Shown here: piece by piece, positions 8,140-16,837 of the stretch
How positions within the stretch are numbered: position 1 is the first letter of the stretch
How the letters are laid out: the number at the start of each line of letters is the position of its first letter
IMG/VR virus record: IMGVR_UViG_3300037483_000059
Span: 1-24,450 of that record
Length of the DNA: 24,450 nucleotides
Source: a virus
Taxonomy: Duplodnaviria; Caudoviricetes
Strand: one strand, 5' to 3'
Position numbers and translations under genes: made by a program
The notes under the pieces: model-generated
The model's input: only the letters and a program-made list of their open reading frames with translations
Database searches by the model: none
Told to the model about the DNA's origin: nothing

Positions 8140-10158
8140 TTACGGCCCAATCTCCGTTGGCGCCCACCCTTGTTGCGCGAACAGATCAAGGGCTTTCGCC
8201 AGCCCATCGGCGAATTCGTGCATCTGCCCAGTGACGCGCTCCAACGGAGCTTCGAACGCCGAAGCCGCCCTGGCCATATCGTTCTGAATCCGGCTAAAGT
8301 TTTGCACCGTGCCTGCCATCTGGGCGCCCACGCCGGCACGGTCAGAGGCCAGCCCCGCCTCTGTCCGTAGGGTCCCCGGTGTGACCCCGTGCCCAGCCTC
8401 TTGCAATGCCGCAAGATCAGCTCCGCCCGAGGTAAGATCGCCGAATTTACCGGTTGTCATGGCTGACAATGCTTGTCCGGGACCCAGATTCACGCCCATT
8501 TCACGCAACATGCGCTGCATGTAAATCTGGTTCTCTGCAGGTCCGCGGCCAATGTTCTGGAACTGGCCCGCCATACCCGGCAGCAAAGATCCGGCGATCT
8601 CAGGACGCTGGATATCGAGCATGAATTGTGACCACCGTTCCGCGGTCACAGGCTCGTCGGAAATCCCCTGCTGCTCAGCATAGGCGCGGTACATGCGCGA
8701 TTGCATGGCTTCGCTGCCGCCACCCATCCCCATCTGTGCTGCAGAGCCCGCGAACCCGCGCTCTATGTCACCGATCAGCTCAGATCGGATGCCCTCACCG
8801 TTCGCACCGCGCAATCCCGAAAGCAATCCGCGTTGCTGACGCATGCGCTCAAAGTTGATCTCGACGCCCTTACGGCTTTGCTCCTCCAAGAACCCGGTTT
8901 GCTTCTGGAGTTCTTGCGCAAGGTCAGAGCCGTTCAGCCCCTCCGTGACCCCCTGAACGAGCATGTCCGCGACGGCCTGTGACGTATCCTCCGCGCCCAT
9001 ACCGGTATGCTGAAGGGCCCGCATCATCCCGCCCTGCTGCTGCATCCCCACGCCGAAGATCCTTTGCAATGCGATCGCAGTAGTGAACCCGCCTGCAGTC
9101 GGAACGAAGCCGGCTGCTTGGCCGAGGGCTCCCGCTTGCTGAATGGACTCCTGCGGCGCCATACCGAATTGGATGCCTGCCTGTTCGTATTGCTTAGGAT
9201 CGTATGCGCTGGTGTACGTGGCTGCTTTACCGGGGATCATCTCTCCGCCAGGGATCCGCGCTACAGCCTCACGCATCTTTGCAGGGGCTACGGCGCCCAC
9301 GACATCGGCGATAACGCCGAACATCCATTGTCTGGTCTTATCTTTAAAGTTCGGATCGTCAGCGCGGTCCAAAGTTCCCTGAGCACTGGCCCGAGTACGA
9401 TCAGCTGCCCATTGCTTGAGCCCGAACGGGTCCTTGGCGGCCAACTCCCCCATGAATCCGGGTGCTCCTCCGATCGGGACGCCTCCCTCGAACATCCCGG
9501 CCATCAGCTCGCCGCCGACAGCCGTAGTCCCCCCGCCGCCGGTTGCCGCTCGGGCGGGTACGGCTGCGGTCAGCTGTTGACGCTTGTACCCCATCAACGA
9601 CGCTGACGAGGCCAGATACGGGGCCGCCTGCATCCGCGCCTGTTGGAGCTGCACGAACCCGCCGTACGCCTGTGTAGCCGCCATCAGGGATCCCGCCGCT
9701 ATCGCGCCCCCAAATGGTACAGCACCGAGGGCAGCCGTCAGTGCCCCTTGCCCGGGCATGGCCAACTGCATCCCCCCGAGACGCATTCCCGAGCCTCCAG
9801 AAGCCCCTCCTGCGCCTCCGCCGCCACCCGGACCACCTAGACCTCGTCCGCGAGCTGCAGAGCGCGAGACGGCCGTTAGGGCTCGATCCAGATGCCCCGC
9901 TTGCCGGGTCGCCTGTTTCAGGTCTTTTTCGAGCTGGCGATAGACCGCGGATTCCTGCTTCACCTTGGCCATCGCGGCTGCGATGTCGCCGATCCGACGC
10001 TTCTGGTCCTCCAAGGCTCGGTTGACCTTGCCGATCTCGGAGTTGAACTCCTTGGTGGTCTTCGGGCTGAACAGCTCCCTGAACTTCTTCGTCAGGGTGT
10101 CGACTTGCCTGGCGTTCGCCCGGATATCCAGGTTCGTGCGGATGTTGGTTTCGGACAC
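8140..10158 (-). CDS. Tape measure protein (about 672 aa; start revised to GTG at 10158)
   Basis: Follows the tail chaperones. N-terminal coiled coil, Gly/Ala/Gln/Met-rich helical body and hydrophobic patches (ALTAALGAVPFGGAIAAGSLMAA). The GTG lies 2 nt after the upstream TAG with a GGGGA RBS; the ORF-track start at 10212 overlaps the previous gene. Confidence 0.8.
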   Translation of the reverse strand: MSETNIRTNLDIRANARQVDTLTKKFRELFSPKTTKEFNSEIGKVNRALEDQKRRIGDIAAAMAKVKQESAVYRQLEKDLKQATRQAGHLDRALTAVSRSAARGRGLGGPGGGGGAGGASGGSGMRLGGMQLAMPGQGALTAALGAVPFGGAIAAGSLMAATQAYGGFVQLQQARMQAAPYLASSASLMGYKRQQLTAAVPARAATGGGGTTAVGGELMAGMFEGGVPIGGAPGFMGELAAKDPFGLKQWAADRTRASAQGTLDRADDPNFKDKTRQWMFGVIADVVGAVAPAKMREAVARIPGGEMIPGKAATYTSAYDPKQYEQAGIQFGMAPQESIQQAGALGQAAGFVPTAGGFTTAIALQRIFGVGMQQQGGMMRALQHTGMGAEDTSQAVADMLVQGVTEGLNGSDLAQELQKQTGFLEEQSRKGVEINFERMRQQRGLLSGLRGANGEGIRSELIGDIERGFAGSAAQMGMGGGSEAMQSRMYRAYAEQQGISDEPVTAERWSQFMLDIQRPEIAGSLLPGMAGQFQNIGRGPAENQIYMQRMLREMGVNLGPGQALSAMTTGKFGDLTSGGADLAALQEAGHGVTPGTLRTEAGLASDRAGVGAQMAGTVQNFSRIQNDMARAASAFEAPLERVTGQMHEFADGLAKALDLFAQQGWAPTEIGP

Positions 10159-10160
10159 TT

Positions 10161-10496
10161 CTAATCCCCGTCGAGATCGGGCATTTCGCCACGCGCAATA
10201 GCCTCCTCCCAAGCGTCGGCTACCGCGTCACCAGTGTAACGCGGCTTTGTCCAGTGATCGTGCTCGATCCCAGCCGCCTTGGCCGTCTCCCATTCGAGCT
10301 TGCGCGCCTTGTGGAGGATCATCATCATCTCGCGCTGTGCTGCTGGCCAGCAATGCAACAAAGCAGCGATCACGTTTTCGTTGTAGTCCTCGAACGCCTT
10401 CGGAGCCGATCCGGTCTTATGGAGCCACATCCATTGGGCTCTCCACTGCGGATTCCGGATCAGAGCCCTCGCCAGTGCGTCCAGCTCCTGGTCCAT
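10161..10496 (-). CDS. Second tail assembly chaperone segment (gpT-like; 111 aa from ATG 10496, or C-terminal part of a frameshift fusion)
   Basis: Protein-like sequence MDQELDALARALIRNPQW...TGDAVADAWEEAIARGEMPDLDGD; overlaps the end of the first chaperone in the +1 frame and ends just before the TMP. Confidence 0.7.
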   Translation of the reverse strand: MDQELDALARALIRNPQWRAQWMWLHKTGSAPKAFEDYNENVIAALLHCWPAAQREMMMILHKARKLEWETAKAAGIEHDHWTKPRYTGDAVADAWEEAIARGEMPDLDGD

Positions 10497-10965
10497 GAAA
10501 TCGGGTCTCGTGCTTGGCAACCTCTTCGTAGATCGCCTGCAGCACTTCAACAGCTCGGATCTGTTCGAGCTGCCCGCCCTTGGCCCATGGAGGCGCATTG
10601 TCCAGCGCCACCGCCAGGTGAGCCAGGATCTCGACGAGATTCGACGTGAACACGTCGAGAGCATGGGGCGAGATCCCACCGGACAAGCGAGATCGAACCA
10701 GCCCCACCTGGATCCGTTCACGGACGGTCAGGACGTGACACGCGAATCGACCGGCCCAACGGCGTCCACGGTTGTCGATGAAATCGAGATCGAACTGGTG
10801 CTCAGGGAGAATACCGTCAGCCCCTGTATCGTCCATCTTGGGGCCGGATTCATGCATGGCCCGCGCTGCTTGCGCCGCTTCCACTGTGGACGGGATCTCG
10901 GGGATCTCCGCGCCTGTGATTGACTCTTGACGATCGCGCTTTCCGACTTTGCCCAACGCACCCAT
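10417..10965 (-). CDS. Tail assembly chaperone (gpG-like, 182 aa)
   Basis: Lies between tail tube and TMP. GRFACHVLTVRERIQVGLVRSRLSGG...LAHLAVALDNAPPW is typical of myophage chaperones; GGGAGG RBS. Confidence 0.78.
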   Translation of the reverse strand: MGALGKVGKRDRQESITGAEIPEIPSTVEAAQAARAMHESGPKMDDTGADGILPEHQFDLDFIDNRGRRWAGRFACHVLTVRERIQVGLVRSRLSGGISPHALDVFTSNLVEILAHLAVALDNAPPWAKGGQLEQIRAVEVLQAIYEEVAKHETRFHGPGAGRTGEGSDPESAVESPMDVAP

Positions 10966-11017
10966 GGAACCTCCCGATCAGGTTGGTGGTTCCACAGAGT
11001 ATCACCCGAAACGAGGA

Positions 11018-11057
11018 TGGGCCTGGAGGGGAACCGCTCGACACCCCTCCAGGCCCA
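11018..11057 (-). terminator. Strong hairpin after the tail tube gene (probable terminator or processing/stability element)
   Basis: Perfect 14-bp inverted repeat tgggcctggagggg (11018-11031) / cccctccaggccca (11044-11057) with a 12-nt loop; the following U-tract is weak (TCCTCGTTT). Confidence 0.65.
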
Positions 11058-11129
11058 GTGCGCCGTCGCCGCCGTCGTCGGTCTTGTCTCGCACACCTGA
11101 ACCTTATCCAGGCTCGGCAGGAAGTGCAC

Positions 11130-11570
11130 TCAGACGAGATCGCTTTCGTCGCGAGCCTTGATCGCCACGAACGTCACGTCTTCGCCGACGATGCCGCGCG
11201 CCGTCACTTGTAGGTTCCGCTCGCTGATCCGTACGCCCGTGACGTGTCCCACCGTCTTGCCCGTGATCGAATCCTGCAACGTAGCGGTCAGCACGCCGTT
11301 CGTGACGATGTTCCTGAGGAACGCAGCGGAATCGACGCCTTGCTTGGGAAAGTAGCCCGCCGCCTTGATCGATTCGTTGACGATCCGAACCGTCGAGGCT
11401 GACATGTTGACCGTGTAGCCCGTGGGCGCGTGCTCTTTGGTCGTGATGTCGTCGAGGACATCCACAGGCTCGTAATTGATCGTCTCACGCAGCGAGACGT
11501 TCGTGGCGAACCCCACCTTGGTCCCATTGAGGGAGAAGCGGGCTCGACAACCGGTGTAGACTTCGGACAT
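11130..11570 (-). CDS. Tail tube protein (146 aa)
   Basis: Immediately after the sheath gene, with the size and beta pattern of a myophage tube (KVGFATNVSLRETINYEPVDVLDD...GIVGEDVTFVA); GAGGAGAG RBS. Confidence 0.9.
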   Translation of the reverse strand: MSEVYTGCRARFSLNGTKVGFATNVSLRETINYEPVDVLDDITTKEHAPTGYTVNMSASTVRIVNESIKAAGYFPKQGVDSAAFLRNIVTNGVLTATLQDSITGKTVGHVTGVRISERNLQVTARGIVGEDVTFVAIKARDESDLV

Positions 11571-11585
11571 GTGATCTCTCCTCGG

Positions 11586-13835
11586 TTACGCCGCCGCGCT
11601 GAAGCTCGCCGTGACCAGGTGAACGGTTGTGGCAACGAAATTGACCGGAGTGACCGGAGCAAGCTCGACATCAACGGTCATGATGTCGGCCTCCAGCTCC
11701 ACCGTCAGGTTCCGCCAGTTGACGATGATCTGCTCATCCATCAGCAGCCCGAGCACCGTAACAGCCTCGCTGATCACAGCGTCCACGGTCCCCTGGAATC
11801 CCTTGCGCCCGATCGCGATCTCCAGCGCTGTACGCAGCGTGAACACCGAGTAGTTGACGGCCTCATTGACCGAGGCTTCGGTGAATGCGAGATTGGTAGG
11901 ATCGATCAGGTACGTAGTGACGTTTCGCAGAACCCGGAACCCAACGTACGGGACCTTCTCCAGGGCCAGGATGCCGCTCCTGATGATCTCGTCGGCGTCG
12001 TCCTTGATCGTGTACGTCGCATCGTTCCCGACGACGTTGAGGACGTTGGGGAACTTGGCAGTGAGGCTGGTGCCCACAGTCGTCCCTGCCTGCATTCCGG
12101 CGATCAGGCACGCCGTGAAATAGGGCGGGAACACCTCGCGCACTCCAGCGACATTGAACCGATCAACATCCTGGATGCACAATCGCGCATGGCGCGATCC
12201 GATCGCCGCCGCTGCCGCCTTAGCAGCGGTGAAGCTGATCCCGCTCTCCTCGCCGAGTACGCAATCCCGCTCACTGCGCCCTGCGCCTGCGCCGAACGCG
12301 CAATGGGCCACCACAGCCGCGTGCACAGCCGCGTCGTCGGTCAGGGCGACCACGGTATTGACTCGCTCGTCGCGCAGCACGTCAAGCGCTGCCTGCCAGT
12401 CTGAGAACGCCGTTGCGCCCTCGATCCCACCGGTCAAGTATACCGGAGCCGCTGTGTTGCTCGGCGGCCCAGTAAACCCCGACGCTGCCGCCGCAGAGAC
12501 CAACTGCGATTCGTTGTTGATCTTTGAGATCGCGAATGCGAGATCCGCATTGAACGACTTGGCGGAACCGATCACTGTCGACGCCGCCGAATCGTCCATG
12601 TCAGCGATCAGGATGGGCCCCGCGCTTGCAGCTGGGGTAACCGTCCATCCGTCGAGAGCGTTGAACCGATCGGCGATCTCCTGAACCGTGGCGTACTGAG
12701 CAAGGGGGAGGTTCGCGGTCGTGCCACTGACGGTCAGGGTCCCAGCCGCCGCCAGCTCGCCAACGGCGAGGACAGTCAGCTCGGTGAATACCTGTGTTCC
12801 GGCCACGGGCGTCGTGCCGTTCAGCGCGACAGCTTCGCCCACTGCGGTCTGCCCGTTGAGCCCGAACGCTGCGATCGTCTCCGTTCCTGCCCCACTGCGA
12901 ACGTAGGTGAGTACCGATGACGACACCGTCAGGTTGTCCACCAGTCGGATCCCCGCAGTGAGGCCAGCGGGCGCGATCGACAGAATAGTGGTACCGGTTG
13001 TCGGGTTGCTCTTCGTCGTCACCGTGCCCACGCAGGCGGCGCTGAGGATCACGCCGAGTACGTCTGACCAGATCGCCACGCCTACCACCGGTGTCGTACC
13101 GTCCAGGCTCAACACCTCGGTCTGGGGATCGCCTCCCGCATCGGTACCGTAGATCGTGACGGTCTGCGTGGAGTCACCGGCCGCGCTGCTCTCGACCTGG
13201 ACCGATTCCGCGCCAGGAGCGGGAGCGGTGATCTCAGAATCGAGACCAGCGGACGTTTTGGTGAACGTCGCAGTGACGCCAGTGCTGTTCGCCAGGGCAA
13301 CGAGCATGGTCGTAGCCCCGGTGGCCCCAGGCGTGTACAGCGCGGTGAACGCCGCTACGCCGCCCACGTCATCGAATACCTCTTCGGTCGTAGCGTATAC
13401 GATCGTATACGCCTTGCCGACCGTGGTACCTGCCGCCACGGACACGTTGATCTGTGTCGTATGAATCCCGTGATCGAGGCTTGTCAGCGTCAACGCGTTG
13501 CCGTCAGCGTTCTGCAGGGTCACCGTTGATGTCGTTGCCGGATTAACCTTGACGAACTTGATTTCCTGCGCTCCAGCCGGGACTTCAGCATCGTTGCTGG
13601 GCTGGAACAGCATCGGGGCCGCTTCGCGGAGATCGCCGTCGAGGAAGGTCTTTCCAACCTTGCCCGGGTTGGTGATCGAATGGACGATAGCCGGCTGGCC
13701 GCCCTGGGCCTCGCCGATGCACGCCACGATACCGGAGGCTCCGAGCCCCACGACGGACAGCCCCGATGCGTCTACCTGGCTGTAGGAGCCTGGGATCGCT
13801 GTGACCCGTCCGTTGAAAGCGAGTGTCGTCGCCAT
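11586..13835 (-). CDS. Contractile tail sheath protein (749 aa)
   Basis: N-terminal IPGSYSQVDASGL...ACIGEAQGGQP, central YLTGGIEG..DWQAALDVL, C-terminal VRNVTTY-like LRNVTTY and VELAPVTPVNFVATTVHL; SPO1/Twort-type sheath; GGAGG RBS. Confidence 0.95.
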   Translation of the reverse strand: MATTLAFNGRVTAIPGSYSQVDASGLSVVGLGASGIVACIGEAQGGQPAIVHSITNPGKVGKTFLDGDLREAAPMLFQPSNDAEVPAGAQEIKFVKVNPATTSTVTLQNADGNALTLTSLDHGIHTTQINVSVAAGTTVGKAYTIVYATTEEVFDDVGGVAAFTALYTPGATGATTMLVALANSTGVTATFTKTSAGLDSEITAPAPGAESVQVESSAAGDSTQTVTIYGTDAGGDPQTEVLSLDGTTPVVGVAIWSDVLGVILSAACVGTVTTKSNPTTGTTILSIAPAGLTAGIRLVDNLTVSSSVLTYVRSGAGTETIAAFGLNGQTAVGEAVALNGTTPVAGTQVFTELTVLAVGELAAAGTLTVSGTTANLPLAQYATVQEIADRFNALDGWTVTPAASAGPILIADMDDSAASTVIGSAKSFNADLAFAISKINNESQLVSAAAASGFTGPPSNTAAPVYLTGGIEGATAFSDWQAALDVLRDERVNTVVALTDDAAVHAAVVAHCAFGAGAGRSERDCVLGEESGISFTAAKAAAAAIGSRHARLCIQDVDRFNVAGVREVFPPYFTACLIAGMQAGTTVGTSLTAKFPNVLNVVGNDATYTIKDDADEIIRSGILALEKVPYVGFRVLRNVTTYLIDPTNLAFTEASVNEAVNYSVFTLRTALEIAIGRKGFQGTVDAVISEAVTVLGLLMDEQIIVNWRNLTVELEADIMTVDVELAPVTPVNFVATTVHLVTASFSAAA

Positions 13836-13837
13836 GA

Positions 13838-14167
13838 TTACCTCCGACCCTTGTTGATCCGATGATTGCCGCCAGCCTTACCGCGGCGATGCCCGTGAAT
13901 CGGGCGATCGGCGAAACGCTGCAAGTCCGCAGCCCAATCCTTTTCTTCCCGGCGGGCGTCGGGGTCGATGCCGCTTTCGCGACACCACCGCTCGAACGCA
14001 GCCCCGCCACCCTTGCCCTGACGGACGCCGAACAGCGAGCACGCTTCGCCTGCGTTGTACGCAGTGACCTTGCGCTTCTGCGATTCGTCGGCCACGCCGA
14101 CATTCGATCTGCGGACTGACGCGACGATACCGCCGCCGTTCGGAGCCGGTTTGGTCCTTTTCGCCAT
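13838..14167 (-). CDS. Small basic hypothetical protein (109 aa, MAKRTKPAP...; start revised to 14167)
   Basis: ATG 2 nt after the upstream TGA with an AGAGGA RBS; occupies the small-gene slot before the sheath. Confidence 0.7.
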   Translation of the reverse strand: MAKRTKPAPNGGGIVASVRRSNVGVADESQKRKVTAYNAGEACSLFGVRQGKGGGAAFERWCRESGIDPDARREEKDWAADLQRFADRPIHGHRRGKAGGNHRINKGRR

Positions 14168-14169
14168 GA

Positions 14170-14883
14170 TCAATCCTCTGTGAAGAAGGGAGAAACGCCG
14201 CCAGGGATGGCTACCTGGTCCTCGTGGTGCACGCTGATTTGATCGGGATCGTACGCCCGCTCTGTCTGTCCGTTCATAGCTGCCCATAGGGGGCCCGTCG
14301 ACAGCCACGTCTCGTGGTATTCACAGGTCACAACGATCTTACGGGAGAAGAGCAAGTTGCCCAACTTCGCCGATTGCCAGGGGGCCATATCAGCCCCACG
14401 CAACCGAGGGTCCTGCAACCCGCCCATGATCAGCTTGCGCGTTCCGACTCGAATGACTCGCCGCATGATCCGGTACATGTACGTACACAGGTCAGGATGC
14501 TCGTGGAAACATGTGATCTGGAATGCGCCTGTCTCGCGTGCCGTGTACTCGTCCTGCTCGATCCCCATCAGCTCAGCATCGAGAACGTCAAGCTGGTGCC
14601 CGCCGTCATCGAGGTACTGCTGTAGGTCGTCATCGCTGGCGAGGGTCAGCGAATAGACCGGGAACGGGTGGTCTTCCCGGGCGAACCCTGCCACCAACGT
14701 AGGCGGGTTGGTCCCCCAGATCGTCCGCACTTTCGCCCGCTCTGCAGCATCCAAATACGCCAAGATCCGATCGATTTCGGACTCGTTGACCAAGGCCGTT
14801 GCGTTGTCGCTCTCGACCGTGTCGAGCCCGAGCTTGATCACGTCGAATAGAATGCGCTCGGGTACGGTGGCTGCATGGCTCAT
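14170..14883 (-). CDS. Putative tail terminator / neck protein (237 aa)
   Basis: Last large gene before the sheath; FPVYSLTLASDDDLQQYL and QITCFHEHPDLCTYMYRIMR pattern; ATGA coupling. Confidence 0.6.
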   Translation of the reverse strand: MSHAATVPERILFDVIKLGLDTVESDNATALVNESEIDRILAYLDAAERAKVRTIWGTNPPTLVAGFAREDHPFPVYSLTLASDDDLQQYLDDGGHQLDVLDAELMGIEQDEYTARETGAFQITCFHEHPDLCTYMYRIMRRVIRVGTRKLIMGGLQDPRLRGADMAPWQSAKLGNLLFSRKIVVTCEYHETWLSTGPLWAAMNGQTERAYDPDQISVHHEDQVAIPGGVSPFFTED

Positions 14884-15428
14884 CGCGCCTCTTTTAGCGC
14901 TTGCTCGATCACGGTGCCAGCCACCTCGACCACATCAGCGCGGGCATCAGAGAAGAACTGATGGCCGGGGACACCAGGATGAATCCACCCTGATTGCCTG
15001 TCAGTGATCGTGCGGTAAACCCCGTCGCCCAGAACCGTGGGGGACTCCAGGTCACGATCCACAAGCATGTTGGTATGACGGTCCAGACGGACAACTGCGT
15101 AGCGCGTCCCTGTCTTCCGGCTGTGCTTGGCCCCAGGTTTCGATAGGATCACCGGCTTCAAGTCGCCGCCAGCCCATCCGTGCTCAACCAGGTTCGCGGC
15201 CAGCCCCTCCAGTACGATCGTTGACGTAGTTTCCATGTTGTTCGCTACGCTTTCGATCATCATTCCAGCGATGTACGGTTGCCGCGACGAATTCAGCTCG
15301 TCCTGGGCCCGGTCTACAATGCGCTGATGGACTTGGGCAGCGATCTCAGGGACCGCTGCCCGGAGCACTTCCGGCCATTCATCGAACTCCTTGGGTAGGA
15401 GATCGCTGAGATTGACCGGATCGATCAT
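14880..15428 (-). CDS. Putative neck / tail completion protein (182 aa)
   Basis: ANLVEHG..GGDLKP and YRTIT...SGWIHPG motifs seen in neck genes of SPO1/Twort-like phages; TAATG coupling. Confidence 0.62.
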   Translation of the reverse strand: MIDPVNLSDLLPKEFDEWPEVLRAAVPEIAAQVHQRIVDRAQDELNSSRQPYIAGMMIESVANNMETTSTIVLEGLAANLVEHGWAGGDLKPVILSKPGAKHSRKTGTRYAVVRLDRHTNMLVDRDLESPTVLGDGVYRTITDRQSGWIHPGVPGHQFFSDARADVVEVAGTVIEQALKEAR

Positions 15429-15673
15429 TACGCGGATTCCTCACGAGGCGGCCAGCGCCAATGGCCGACGCTGTCGCCCTCGCTACGGGAGGGTTCCCAG
15501 CGCAGCCCCCGCTCGCATTCCTCCACGGAAGCGAAGTCCGAATCGTTGGTCCCGTCGAGGAACACTTGTACGTTGACGCAACCCCCGCCCCAGTCACGAA
15601 CAACGATTGCGGGCCTCCAGACCTCTTCGCCAGATTCTTCGCCGATGCATACCTGTACGATTCGATTCAGCAT
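15428..15673 (-). CDS. Small conserved phage hypothetical protein (81 aa, MLNRIVQV...WRWPPR; start revised to 15673)
   Basis: AGGAG RBS before ATG 15673; RIV...RPAIVV...VNVQVFLDG...W.WPPR pattern of a recurrent small phage protein. Confidence 0.75.
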   Translation of the reverse strand: MLNRIVQVCIGEESGEEVWRPAIVVRDWGGGCVNVQVFLDGTNDSDFASVEECERGLRWEPSRSEGDSVGHWRWPPREESA

Positions 15674-15681
15674 GGTCACTC

Positions 15682-16497
15682 CTACGATGAACGTTTGTCG
15701 GTCAACCAATCGAGCTTGACCTTGAACGTCGTAGGTAACAGCTGGCGCTCGATCGAACCCTTGATCCCAGCCAACGGTCCGCGCCCGTGCTGCACCAGGT
15801 ACACGGCGTCTTCGACAATCCACACCGGATGCATCACGTAGTGGATCGTGTACAGGCGATCAGCTGGGGGCCCACGTCCAGTGATCCATGACAGCTGGGC
15901 AGGCGTGGTATCTGTCGCTGGCTTCAGACGGTAATCCACGCCTGAATAATAGATCGTTTCGTTACCGGCTCCGTCATCGTCAGCAACGTAGTTGATCTCT
16001 ACGGGCTCGTAGCGCATCGCTGTTTTCTGGATTGCTGTAGAGAGTCCGCGTTTCCCGACAGGGACATCGTTGACAGCTCCTCGGCGCAGCAATTCGCTGT
16101 AGCCGATCAGCTGTTCTTCACCGATGAACCGGTCATGATGGCCCACACGCATCGCGTTGTGCACTGTCAGCTGGGCTTCGCCGAAATGCAACGGACCGGG
16201 CTCCTCCTCGATCGATGGCTCGTCCTTCATATTCGAGAAGATCGCTTGAACACGGGTGTAATCCCGCGTGTTGTGTCGCTCCTCGTTTGCGTTCGGATTG
16301 ACGTATTGCCACCCATCGCCGCCGCAACGCACGCACGTAGGATCGGCCTGATCGGTGATAGAATTCAACCGACATGGGCACGTCAGCGCACGGCTCCAAC
16401 GGTACCAAAAGCCATGCGCCTGGATGAGCGCGGTGAACTTCTGGGGATCGAACCGCCCCATGGGTCCGATCTTGGTGACCTTGTCGATCTTAGCCAC
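15682..16497 (-). CDS. Putative head closure / head completion protein with CxC-x12-CxxC motif (271 aa)
   Basis: WSRALTCPCRLNSITDQADPTCVRCGGDGWQY; follows the adaptor gene as in Herelleviridae-like neck modules. Confidence 0.7.
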   Translation of the reverse strand: MAKIDKVTKIGPMGRFDPQKFTALIQAHGFWYRWSRALTCPCRLNSITDQADPTCVRCGGDGWQYVNPNANEERHNTRDYTRVQAIFSNMKDEPSIEEEPGPLHFGEAQLTVHNAMRVGHHDRFIGEEQLIGYSELLRRGAVNDVPVGKRGLSTAIQKTAMRYEPVEINYVADDDGAGNETIYYSGVDYRLKPATDTTPAQLSWITGRGPPADRLYTIHYVMHPVWIVEDAVYLVQHGRGPLAGIKGSIERQLLPTTFKVKLDWLTDKRSS

Positions 16498-16819
16498 GCT
16501 TCTGCCGCCGCTTCTCGCGACGTTCCCGCCTCTCGGCGCGGCGTCGGGTCTTTTCGGCCGGATCGCGTTTCAGCAGGTCTTTGACAGCCTCTACGGCTCG
16601 CTTCCCGACCTTCCCCAGGGATGCAGCTGCCGTGAACAGGTGCTCATCGACAGCCTCCAAGACGTGGCCAGGCCCGGGGATCAGAGCATCGAAGGGCACC
16701 ACGTCATCAGCGAACTTACCGATCACCTTTGCGATCGTATGCTCGTGGACGCCTGCCTCAGCCAGGTCTTCCACCATTTCCTCGATGTCCTCCCAGGACA
16801 CACGGATATCGAACTTCAT
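16490..16819 (-). CDS. Hypothetical protein with Arg-rich C-terminus (109 aa)
   Basis: AAGAGGTGA RBS favours ATG 16819; acidic N-terminus and KTRRRAERRERREKRRQKRG tail; overlaps the next gene by 8 nt. Confidence 0.72.
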   Translation of the reverse strand: MKFDIRVSWEDIEEMVEDLAEAGVHEHTIAKVIGKFADDVVPFDALIPGPGHVLEAVDEHLFTAAASLGKVGKRAVEAVKDLLKRDPAEKTRRRAERRERREKRRQKRG

Positions 16820-16837
16820 GGTCACCTCTTAATGGGA

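Noticed and set aside
9401-10198. 265-aa alternate-frame minus-strand ORF inside the TMP
   Set aside because: Arg/Gly/Pro-rich off-frame composition and no RBS; the TMP frame explains the region
10966-11129. Possible tRNA, intron or small ORF in the 164-nt tube-chaperone gap
   Set aside because: No cloverleaf or T-loop motif, too short for a self-splicing intron, and no ORF with an RBS; the hairpins account for it
11430-12404. 324-aa plus-strand ORF (also 22536-23447, 7570-8370, 23480-24175 and many shorter ones)
   Set aside because: Fully antisense to clear structural genes and without recognisable motifs; an expected shadow of GC-rich codon usage
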